The position numbers and the translations under genes were made by a program. Positions 52,961-60,747 of a stretch of 64,000 bases of DNA are shown here, piece after piece. The stretch comes from Myxococcales bacterium (GTDB lineage: Bacteria; Myxococcota_A; Polyangia; Polyangiales; JADJMO01), in contig JADJMO010000002.1 in NCBI GenBank assembly GCA_016709545.1, positions 289,993 to 353,992 of the forward strand. The letters run 5' to 3'. The notes under the pieces were generated by a model. That model ran no database searches. It was given only the letters and a program-made list of their open reading frames with translations, and had not been told where the DNA came from. Positions within the stretch are counted from its first letter, which is position 1, and each line of letters starts with the position of its first letter.

Positions 52961-54301
52961 GTGTCGCTCGGCTTGCGCCTGCGCGTGACCAACACTGCCG
53001 ACGGGACGGTGCTCGAGCGCACGTTCGAGCGCTTCCCTGTCCGCATCGGCCGCAACCCGCTGTCCGACCTGCAGCTCGACTTCCCCTACGTCTCGCAGTT
53101 CCACTGCACCCTCGAGCTACAGGGCCGCCAGTTGCTCCTGCGCGACCTCGGGAGCCGCAACGGCACGTACCTGCGCAACCAGGGCAAGATCGATGCGAAC
53201 GCGCTGGTCGACCTCGCGGTCAGCAACTACGAGTTCGCGGTCTCGGGGCTCCTCTTCCAGGCCTTCCCGGCGGAGCTCGCGCCCAAGGTCCCGCAGGCGG
53301 TCCGCATGCGTGGCAGCACGTTCGCGGTCGACCCGGCGGCGGCCCAGGCGCTCCGCGACGAGGCCTTCGGCGCCTCCGCCGAGGCCAAGCGCGAGCTCAA
53401 GCCCCTCATCGAGGCCTACCGCAGCGCGTGGGCCCAGGTCACCGAGAAGCTCCAGAGCAAATCGCAAGGGCTTTCCGCGGCGCAGAAGGCCCAGCTGGTC
53501 CAGGGCCTCGCGAGCGACCACCCCGCCCTCGCCCAGGAGCCCGACTTCCAGCGCATCGCGCAGCTGGTCGGCGTGACCCTCGCGAACAGCGGCGGCGCCG
53601 GCGCCACCGGCCGTGACGACGCGATGGCGCTGCAGGCGCTCAAGGAGCTCGCCGCGTCGTACGTGCCCAACAAGCCGCTCGAGGGCGCGAACGACATCGT
53701 CCTCTTCCTCGCCAAGCTGCAGGGCGTCCTCGACGTCTTCTTCAAGGCCTTCATCCCGCTCCGCGACGGCTACAAGCAGTTCCAGTCCAAGATGGAGCTG
53801 CGTCGCGCGCCCACCGCGCGCTCGCTCGTGCCCACCGCGGCGGTCATGGTCGAGTCGGCCACCGACGGGCGACAGCTCTCGGCGTCGGTGCTCGACTGGC
53901 GCGACCGGGAGAACGAGGGCCCGCGCGCGATCGAGTCCACGTTCGCCGACCTCATGATCCACCAGGTCGCGCTGCTCGACGGCATCATGCGCGGCGTGAA
54001 ATCGATGCTCGACGAGCTCTCGCCGAAATCGATCGAGGCGCTCGCCGACAAGAAGAAGGTCGGCGGCTTCGGACCGTTCCGCTTCGAGAAGCTGTGGGAG
54101 GTCTACAAGGAGCGCCACAGCGATCTCGCGGACGAAGAGAAGGAGGCGTTCGGCCTCATCTTCGGCCCGCAGTTCGTCCAGGCCTACAACCAGTTCTCGC
54201 GCGACACGGGCGGCGGCGGGCAGAACCCGCGCGGCCTCACCGCGGTCGGCAGCGGCGCGCCGCAGTTCCCGCCCGCGGGCGGCGGGCCACACAAGCCGTA
54301 G
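52961..54301 (+). CDS. tagH: T6SS-associated FHA-domain protein TagH
   Basis: GTG 52961. FPVRIGRNPLSDLQLDFPYVSQFHCTLELQGRQLLLRDLGSRNGTYL is an FHA domain. Divergent from the T6SS operon. Confidence 0.8.
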   Translation: MSLGLRLRVTNTADGTVLERTFERFPVRIGRNPLSDLQLDFPYVSQFHCTLELQGRQLLLRDLGSRNGTYLRNQGKIDANALVDLAVSNYEFAVSGLLFQAFPAELAPKVPQAVRMRGSTFAVDPAAAQALRDEAFGASAEAKRELKPLIEAYRSAWAQVTEKLQSKSQGLSAAQKAQLVQGLASDHPALAQEPDFQRIAQLVGVTLANSGGAGATGRDDAMALQALKELAASYVPNKPLEGANDIVLFLAKLQGVLDVFFKAFIPLRDGYKQFQSKMELRRAPTARSLVPTAAVMVESATDGRQLSASVLDWRDRENEGPRAIESTFADLMIHQVALLDGIMRGVKSMLDELSPKSIEALADKKKVGGFGPFRFEKLWEVYKERHSDLADEEKEAFGLIFGPQFVQAYNQFSRDTGGGGQNPRGLTAVGSGAPQFPPAGGGPHKP

Positions 54302-54347
54302 CGGCGGGCGTCCTCCGAACCGTCGACCGTCTCTGTGCCGCGCGGCG

Positions 54348-54803
54348 CTACCGCGCCCAGCGATCGATCTCGGCGAACAGCGCGTCGAGCTCGAGGGTCA
54401 CCGTAGCGAGGCCGACGAAGCTCCCGCTCTCGCTCGCCGTCGCGGCCCGTACGTAGCGGCCGTCGGCCCCGCGCTCCAGCACCTCGAGGAGCCCGAGCCG
54501 CGGATCGAGGAGCCATACGTAGGGGACCCCGGCGCGCTCGTGGGCCTCGATCCGCGCGCCTCGGTCCTCGCGGGCGACCGCGGGATCGGCGCCGACCACC
54601 TCGATCACGAGGTGGGGCACCGCCTCGAGCGGGCTCGCCCCCTCGAGGTACAGCGCGAGATCGGCGGGGCCGTGCGGCGCGCCGGGACCGATCACCAGGC
54701 CGACGTCCGCCGCGCGGAGGGCGTGGTGCAGGAACGAGGTGGCGATCGCGTGGGCCGGATCCGAGCCCCGACTCGCCGTCGACGGGGCGTGGTCGGACCG
54801 CAC
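54348..54803 (-). pseudogene. Uma2 (DUF820) family endonuclease remnant lacking the N-terminal part
   Basis: ..PADLALYLEG..PHLVIEVVGADPAVAREDRGARIEAHERAGVPYVWLLDP..LEVLERGADGRY.. matches the Uma2 PD-(D/E)xK core. No credible start or N-terminal strand. Upstream it runs into the Imm52-like gene. Confidence 0.6.
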
Positions 54804-55453
54804 CAGGATCGGGCGGAGCCGCCCGCGCGCTGCGCGAGGAAGTCGTGGGCGCGATCGCGCGCCTCTTCGAACGGCTCGCCGACCACGGTGAGCAGGTGCC
54901 CCTCGGTCCACGACTCGAGCTCGATGCCGGCCGGCAGCGGGGGCAGGTTCCCGCGGCGGGCCGAGAAGAACGTGAGCGCGCCGACGTGGGGCGCCCCAGG
55001 GCTCCCGGCGAGCGCGAGCTCCATCACCCGCGCGAAGCGGGTGGAGACACCCCACTCGGGACCGGTGTGCTGGACGAGCGACCGGAGGAGCGTGCGTTCC
55101 GACGCGAGGTCGACGGTCTTGCGCTCGAGCACGACGGAGTTCGGGGTGGGCGCGGTCGGCAGGTCGAGCTTCGCGCCGACGGTGAGGTCGATCACCCAGC
55201 CCTGCTCGCTCTGGGCCTCGAGGACGAAGCCGTACGACTCGTCGAGCTCGGCGGCCTCGACGTGCGCGCGCATCGCCGCGCCGATCGCCCCGGGCTCGTC
55301 GAGCGGCGTGTCGTCGGCGCGCAGACGCCACGGGCCCGATCCCTCTCCCGCGAGTGCCTCGAGGATGCCGTGGGCCCTCGCGGCGCTCTCCTCGAGCGAC
55401 TCCGCGCGGTCACCCCAGTAGACGCCGAGGAGCGGACGATCGTTGGCGAACAT
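54692..55453 (-). CDS. Imm52-family immunity protein-like gene (3' end uncertain)
   Basis: ATG 55453. LLGVYWGDRAESLEESAARAHGILEAL, ..GPEWGVSTRFAR.., VGALTFFSARRGNLPPLPAG fit my recollection of the Imm52 pattern. The last ~40 codons of the ORF have poor GC3 (frame problem near 54818). Confidence 0.6.
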   Translation of the reverse strand: MFANDRPLLGVYWGDRAESLEESAARAHGILEALAGEGSGPWRLRADDTPLDEPGAIGAAMRAHVEAAELDESYGFVLEAQSEQGWVIDLTVGAKLDLPTAPTPNSVVLERKTVDLASERTLLRSLVQHTGPEWGVSTRFARVMELALAGSPGAPHVGALTFFSARRGNLPPLPAGIELESWTEGHLLTVVGEPFEEARDRAHDFLAQRAGGSARSWCGPTTPRRRRVGARIRPTRSPPRSCTTPSARRTSAW

Positions 55454-55548
55454 GCTCGGTCCCTGGTAGCGCGCAAAAAGCGAGACGCCCACCCCCTTGG
55501 TGGGAGCAGGCGTCACGCGGGTCACTTGGACGGACCCTGGGTCAGGGA

Positions 55549-56064
55549 TCAACCACCCTGGAGGTGCCAGTCGTCGAGCATCATCGTCTTGCCGTCGATG
55601 TTCTCCATCTCGATCTTGCGGTAGCTGAGCGAGATGGTCTCGAGCTCGTGGGTGTCGTGCTGGCCGGTGTGCTTCGAGGTCGAGGCGCCCTCACCCGCGG
55701 CCGAGCCGGTCGAGTACTTGGCGTTCGAGACCGTCGCGTCGGTCAGCTTGATCTTGTGGTAGACGTACTCCTCGCCGTTCTCGTTCGTCTTGACGAAGTT
55801 GAACTCGACCTCGGGGAGCACCTCGTTGGTGCAGAGGGCCTGGAGGATCTGCGGGGTCTGGGGGCCCCACTCGGCCGCGAACGTGATCGACAGGTGCTGG
55901 CGCTTGCCGCTCGCCTGGCCGGTCGCGATGTCACGCGGCGACTTGACCTCGTGGAAGTAGGAGAGGCCCTCGATCCACTTGTCCTTGCGCTTCTCCTGCT
56001 TGCTGTTCGACTTGAACTGACCCTGCTTCTTGCCCTTGATCGCGGTGTAGAATGTATAGGCCAT
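55549..56064 (-). CDS. hcp: T6SS tube protein Hcp (TssD)
   Basis: 171 aa. MAYTFYTAIKGKKQGQFK, GKRQH, ..SPQILQAL..NEVLPEVEFNF.., YHKIKLTDATVS: Hcp1-family blocks. Confidence 0.9.
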   Translation of the reverse strand: MAYTFYTAIKGKKQGQFKSNSKQEKRKDKWIEGLSYFHEVKSPRDIATGQASGKRQHLSITFAAEWGPQTPQILQALCTNEVLPEVEFNFVKTNENGEEYVYHKIKLTDATVSNAKYSTGSAAGEGASTSKHTGQHDTHELETISLSYRKIEMENIDGKTMMLDDWHLQGG

Positions 56065-56542
56065 GGGAAACCTCCGAAACGAATCGATGTGAATCGGCGC
56101 CCGGACGCGACATGCGAACGAGTGCCTCGTGGACTTGACCCCGCGATTCCTCTCCTGGAAACCGGGGGGAGTTCCGAGTCTTCTCGGAACCTCGACTTGC
56201 GCTGCCTGTCCTCCTCCGTCGTGAGGGTGGCTCCCACGAGCGGCCAGAAAGTCGAGGCGGCGCAGACCGGACCGAAGCGGAGGTTTGCGTCGCCGGACCC
56301 AGCGTGGATGGATTGGCTACCACCAGAAGGTCCGAGCGTAAGTCTACAGAGGCAGCCCCTCGTTACAAGCCTCCACCTCGCCGCCCCCAAGAAAGTTGCA
56401 AGTGGCTGAATTTCCTGTCGTTCACCCCCTGGACCAGGGTGCAGCCGAGCTCGGCAGGACCAAGATCGACCAGGGGCCGTTCGTCGTTTGTTGGTCCCGA
56501 CGCCCGCTTGTCGTAGAGACTGTCGCGCAAGGAACCTGATCG

Positions 56543-57199
56543 ATGCGCAAACTGCTTCTCGCGGGTGTAGCCGTGGCGACGTTGGCTGTGACGGGGAGCG
56601 CGAGCGCCCAGGTCACTCCTCCTCCGAGTCGTGACGCCACATGGGGCGGCGTGACCGATGCGACCCTCGTCGCGGCGGTCTCCGCGGGCCTCCTGATGCC
56701 GCGCATCTTCTACCCAGGCTCCGAGGTGACGACCGGGTGGCACGCGCGCTGGCACTACTCGGTGCTCGCGCCGATGATGACCTATTCCACGTTCGCGTTC
56801 GTGAACGAGAACTTCCTCAAGGCGAAGATCAAAGGCCCGCGGCCCGGCTGCGACGACACCAACCAGGGCGGCCCCGGCTGCGCCGACTTCGGCTCGCCGT
56901 CGACCCACGCCTTCGGGGCTGGCGCCACGCTCGGCCACGGGCTCGCCGTCTTCATCATCGACACGACCAAGTGGAGCGATGGTCAGGTGAGCGGCCTCGG
57001 GCTGTTCGGGCACGTCGGCATCCCGCTGATCCTCGGCGGCATCACCGTCGTGGGGCGCAGCGCGGGCAACTACGAGAACGCCGGGCAGCTCGCGGCCGGC
57101 GCCACGCTCGGCCTCGGCATCGGCTTCCTCACCGGCATGTTGTACTCGACGATGGCGCGCCCCGAGTGCGGCTACTCCGGATCGATGATCTGCTGGTGA
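56543..57199 (+). CDS. PAP2-like membrane protein with partly degenerate phosphatase motifs
   Basis: Signal peptide, then KAKIKGPRPG (KxxxxxxRP) and GSPSTHA (PSxH). The third motif, VGRSAGNYENAG, lacks the usual His. Several TM helices. Confidence 0.5.
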   Translation: MRKLLLAGVAVATLAVTGSASAQVTPPPSRDATWGGVTDATLVAAVSAGLLMPRIFYPGSEVTTGWHARWHYSVLAPMMTYSTFAFVNENFLKAKIKGPRPGCDDTNQGGPGCADFGSPSTHAFGAGATLGHGLAVFIIDTTKWSDGQVSGLGLFGHVGIPLILGGITVVGRSAGNYENAGQLAAGATLGLGIGFLTGMLYSTMARPECGYSGSMICW

Positions 57200-57274
57200 C
57201 CCGATGATCTGCTGGTGACCGGGCCGCGCGATCCGCCGCTTCGGTCGCGAAGCCGGGCGTGATATCCCGGGCGG

Positions 57275-59167
57275 GTGAGCGAAGACGACAAGAAGGGCGT
57301 ACTCGGCGGGTTCTCGATCGGCTTCGGTGGGCCCGCGGCGGCCGTGAGGCCCGCCGCGTTGGACGCCGCGTCGCGCGCCGAGGAGCGCCCGGTGGATGGT
57401 CCGCTCGAGGTCGACCTCGAGGACAAGGGCACCTTCCGCGTGGTCTTCCTCGCGCCGCTCACGCCCTCGCGCGAGGTGTCGCTGGGCGCGCCGCCCGCGC
57501 TGCTCCCCCTCCCCGTCGACAAGTACACCTTCGACGCCCAGTTCAAGGAGCTCGCGCCCGCGCTCGTGCTCGAGGTCGACGACCCGTTCGATCCAGGCGG
57601 CGAGAAGCTGCGCTTCGACCTGCGCCTCACCGAGCTGAAGTCGTTCCGACCCGACGGCATGGTCGACGCCGCGCCGCCGGTGCGCGCGTTGATGGAGGCG
57701 CGCAAGACGGTGCTGGCCGTCCGCAACCGCACGCTCTCGCCCGCCGATGCGCGGCGCGCGCTCGAGCGCATCCTCCCGCGCCCTGGCTGGGCCTTCGCGC
57801 TCACGCCGGACGTCAGCACGGCGGTCGCGCCGCCCCCGCCGAAGAAGGACGACTCGCCGCTCGGCGCGCTGTTCGATCAGATCGACGTCGTCGTGCCGGT
57901 GGCCGAGGCCCCCGCGCCTCCGCCGCCTTCGCCCATGGCCCCGGAGGGCGGCGTCTCGCAGCTCGTCGCGGCGATCGCCCGCACGGCCCGCTCCCCGGCC
58001 CAGAGACTCGCCGAGGTCGGCTCCTCGCTCGAGCGGCTCGACGCCGCGATCGTGGCGCTGCTCGGCTCCATCTTCGCGCACCCCGAGGTCTCGCGCCTCG
58101 AGCGCGCGTGGCGCGGCGCGCGCCTCCTCGTCGATCGGCTCGACTTCCGCGCGGGGGTCGAGCTCGACCTCGTGCCGGCCCACGTCGAGGACGTGAGCGA
58201 CGCCCTCGCGTGGCTCGCGCAGCGCGAGGGTGACGAGTCGCGGCGGGCGCCCATCGACCTCTTGCTCGTCGACCCGCCGCTCGACCCGTCTCCCCGCGAC
58301 TTCGACCGGCTCGAGGCGTGGGCGGGCCACGCGGCGAACCTCCGCGCGCCGCTGCTCGTGGAGGGCGCGCCGAGCCACCTGGGCTTCGAGTCGATCGCGG
58401 CGCTGCAGAGATCGGAGCGTCGCCTCGAGGCCCACGACGAGCCGCGCGCCCGCGCGCTGCGCGCCTTCGGCGCCAACGAAGACAGCCGCTGGGTGACGCT
58501 CGGCATCAACCCGCTCGTGCTCCGCAACGCGCACACCAAGGAGAGCGCGCGGCTCCGCGAGATCGCCTTCGAGGAGCCGGCCGACGCGCACCTCTTCGGC
58601 AACCCGTGCCTCGCGGTGGTGGGGCTCGCGGCCGCGAGCTGGGTGAAGAACGGGTGGGCCAGCGACGTCACGGGGCCCCGCGGCGGAGCGTTCGAGAACC
58701 TGCCCGTGCACCAGGTGGTGACCGACGGGGTGGAGATGGCGCTGCCGATCCAGACCTTCGTCAGCACCGACACGCAGCGCTCGGTGGCCAAGGCGGGCGT
58801 CCTCCTGCTCGGCTGCGCGCCGAACCACGACGCGGCGATCGTCGCCGCCGCGCCGATGCTCCACCGTGGCAAGGAGACCGAGGTCGGGCCCGATGCGCCG
58901 GCGTCGAGCCGGCTCGGGGATCAGCTGTTCGTCGCGCGCCTCTCGCACGTCGTCGAGCAGCTCGGCGCCGCGATCCCCGCGGAGGCCCCCGCCGCGGCGG
59001 CCAAGGACGTCGCGCGCCTCGCCCTCGCGGAGCTGTTCGAGGCCGGCGGCAAGCGGGTCGAGGTCGTGGCCGACGTGAAGGGGGACCGCCTCGAGGTGAC
59101 GGTGCGACCGGGCGGGTTCGCCGGCGTGTCGCTCCCCGAGGTGTCGTTCTCCGTGCGCCGCGGCTGA
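57275..59167 (+). CDS. divergent sheath-like protein: TssB-like N-terminus fused to a TssC-like body
   Basis: 630 aa from GTG 57275. N-part parallels TssB (FRVVFLAPL..PVDKYTFDAQF..LTELKSFRPDGMV..ALMEARK). The rest parallels TssC (HPEVSRLERAWRGARLLVDRLDFR; GNPCLAVVGLAAASWVKNGWASDVTGPRGGAFENLPVH). Confidence 0.75.
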   Translation: MSEDDKKGVLGGFSIGFGGPAAAVRPAALDAASRAEERPVDGPLEVDLEDKGTFRVVFLAPLTPSREVSLGAPPALLPLPVDKYTFDAQFKELAPALVLEVDDPFDPGGEKLRFDLRLTELKSFRPDGMVDAAPPVRALMEARKTVLAVRNRTLSPADARRALERILPRPGWAFALTPDVSTAVAPPPPKKDDSPLGALFDQIDVVVPVAEAPAPPPPSPMAPEGGVSQLVAAIARTARSPAQRLAEVGSSLERLDAAIVALLGSIFAHPEVSRLERAWRGARLLVDRLDFRAGVELDLVPAHVEDVSDALAWLAQREGDESRRAPIDLLLVDPPLDPSPRDFDRLEAWAGHAANLRAPLLVEGAPSHLGFESIAALQRSERRLEAHDEPRARALRAFGANEDSRWVTLGINPLVLRNAHTKESARLREIAFEEPADAHLFGNPCLAVVGLAAASWVKNGWASDVTGPRGGAFENLPVHQVVTDGVEMALPIQTFVSTDTQRSVAKAGVLLLGCAPNHDAAIVAAAPMLHRGKETEVGPDAPASSRLGDQLFVARLSHVVEQLGAAIPAEAPAAAAKDVARLALAELFEAGGKRVEVVADVKGDRLEVTVRPGGFAGVSLPEVSFSVRRG

Positions 59168-59183
59168 GGCCGCGGGGCTCAGG

Positions 59184-60179
59184 TCACTTGCTGGCGCTGG
59201 CGCTCGCCGAGGGGGCCGGCGGGGGCGTGACGATCGCCGACGCGCTCGGCGCCAAGCGGGGCCAGAGAGGCGGATCGCTCGCCTTCATCGGCTTGCCGCC
59301 ATCGATCGTCAGCATGCGCTCGAGCTCGGCCTTGCGGAGGGGCTTGCCCTTCTCGTCTGCCACCTTCACCTGCTCGAGCAGCTTGAGGCCGCCGGCGGAG
59401 AACTGCGGCGAGGTGGTGAGGTGGTACTCGATGCGACCGTTGATGCCGGGCTCGGTGGCCATCGCGTAGACGACCCGCTCGAGCACCACGTCGGCGACGG
59501 GGCTCAGCACGCCCTTTCGCGCCACGTAGAGGTGGAGGATGGTCTCGCACGGCTCGTTCGGCGCGCGCTTGAGGCAGCCGTCGTCGGTGACGGTCGGCAC
59601 GACCTCGGGGCCCATGCGCTCGATGCCGAGGCGGGTCTTCTCGCCCGGGCGCGCGCGGAGGGCGCCGACGGCGTAGACCTCGGCGAAGTCCTCCTGCACG
59701 CGGGTGAGGGCCAGGGCGCCGCCGGTGGTGCCGTCGCCGAAGCGGTGGGAGCGGAGCCAGATCAGGCGCAGGCGCTCGCCACCGGAGCCGAGGTGGAGGT
59801 CGCCTTCTTCGATGGCCAGGGGCCAGGAGCCGCGGAGGGGCAGGCCGCCCTCGAACAGCTTGTCGTCGAGCAAGGCGTCCCCGGTGCACACCGGGGCGCG
59901 CTCGGGGAGGCGGTTCTTCTCCGTGTCGAAGGACGGGTAGACCAGACGCCACAGCTGGTTCTCGGGCAGCGTGCGCATGATCCCGGCGGTCCCCGCCTTG
60001 CGCGGCGGCAAGGGGATGACGCAAGCCGGGATGGGGACGAGGCGGCGAGCCTTGTCTTCCGTCCTCGGACGAGTCCCCTCCTGGGCGCTGCAGCCAGCGC
60101 TGAAGGCGGTCGCGGAGAGCACCAGCCCGGCCGCGCAAGCGGCAGGGACGGCGAGGAGGGCGCGCCAACGGACGGGCAT
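59184..60179 (-). CDS. hypothetical lipoprotein inside the T6SS locus
   Basis: ATG 60179 gives MPVRWRALLAVPAACAAGLVLSATAFSAGCS (lipobox). GC3-rich. No recognised domain. Confidence 0.6.
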   Translation of the reverse strand: MPVRWRALLAVPAACAAGLVLSATAFSAGCSAQEGTRPRTEDKARRLVPIPACVIPLPPRKAGTAGIMRTLPENQLWRLVYPSFDTEKNRLPERAPVCTGDALLDDKLFEGGLPLRGSWPLAIEEGDLHLGSGGERLRLIWLRSHRFGDGTTGGALALTRVQEDFAEVYAVGALRARPGEKTRLGIERMGPEVVPTVTDDGCLKRAPNEPCETILHLYVARKGVLSPVADVVLERVVYAMATEPGINGRIEYHLTTSPQFSAGGLKLLEQVKVADEKGKPLRKAELERMLTIDGGKPMKASDPPLWPRLAPSASAIVTPPPAPSASASASK

Positions 60180-60321
60180 GTCGATGCGAACCCTAGCCCG
60201 CGACCCCGCCCGTGCCCAACTTCTTTGCGGGGAGCCCCCCACGGGGGCGACCCACCGAGCACGTTCCGCTCTTTTGGCTACTCCGATCCGCGATCATCTC
60301 GGTTAGTCTCCGTCCCCTGCG

Positions 60322-60729
60322 ATGGCTGGTCACACGCTCCTCACTCGGATCCGACACCCCGAGCTGGCCATCGCCCGCCGGCAGGTCAGCGACTCCGAGA
60401 TCCGCGACAGCATCCTCGACAACCTGCGGGGCATCTGCAGCACGCGCAACGGCTCGACGCCCGCGTGCCCGGAGTACGGCCTCGTCGACGTGAGCGAGCT
60501 GATCCACAACTTCCCCGACGCCATCGCCATGATGGCGCGTTCGATCCGCAACTCCATCACCCGCTACGAGCCCCGCCTCACCAACGTCGTCCTCAAGCAC
60601 GTCCCGTCCGAGACCGGCGACCTCACCCTCCGCTACGAGATCATCGGCCAGGTGGTGGGCGGTGATGGTCGGAACAAGGTGCGTTTCGAGACCCACATCG
60701 ATCCGTCGCGCAAGATCGGCGTCGACTGA
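60322..60729 (+). CDS. tssE: T6SS baseplate subunit TssE (gp25-like lysozyme fold)
   Basis: 135 aa. SILDNLRGICSTR.., PEYGL.D.., IRNSITRYEPRL.. fit the GPW/gp25 family. Confidence 0.85.
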   Translation: MAGHTLLTRIRHPELAIARRQVSDSEIRDSILDNLRGICSTRNGSTPACPEYGLVDVSELIHNFPDAIAMMARSIRNSITRYEPRLTNVVLKHVPSETGDLTLRYEIIGQVVGGDGRNKVRFETHIDPSRKIGVD

Positions 60730-60747
60730 GCCCCGAGCCCGAAGCCC

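Noticed and set aside
55454-55552. TTG start at 55552 (TTGA overlap with the hcp stop), which would extend the Imm52-like gene by 33 codons
   Set aside because: The extension has noticeably poorer GC3 (cct, cca, caa, gct, ctt, ttt, gga), and family-like sequence begins right after ATG 55453.
56112-56127. Sigma-54-like promoter upstream of hcp (minus strand aGGCACtcgttcGCAt)
   Set aside because: The spacing between the GG and GC dinucleotides is 9 nt instead of 10 and the -12 element is TCGCA rather than TTGCA, so it is too weak to call by eye.
56304-56516. ORFs in the hcp upstream spacer (56304..56516 +, 55931..56323 -, 55743..56390 -)
   Set aside because: They have poor GC3, Arg/Ser/Pro-rich translations, no start context and mutual overlap, so the region is treated as non-coding.
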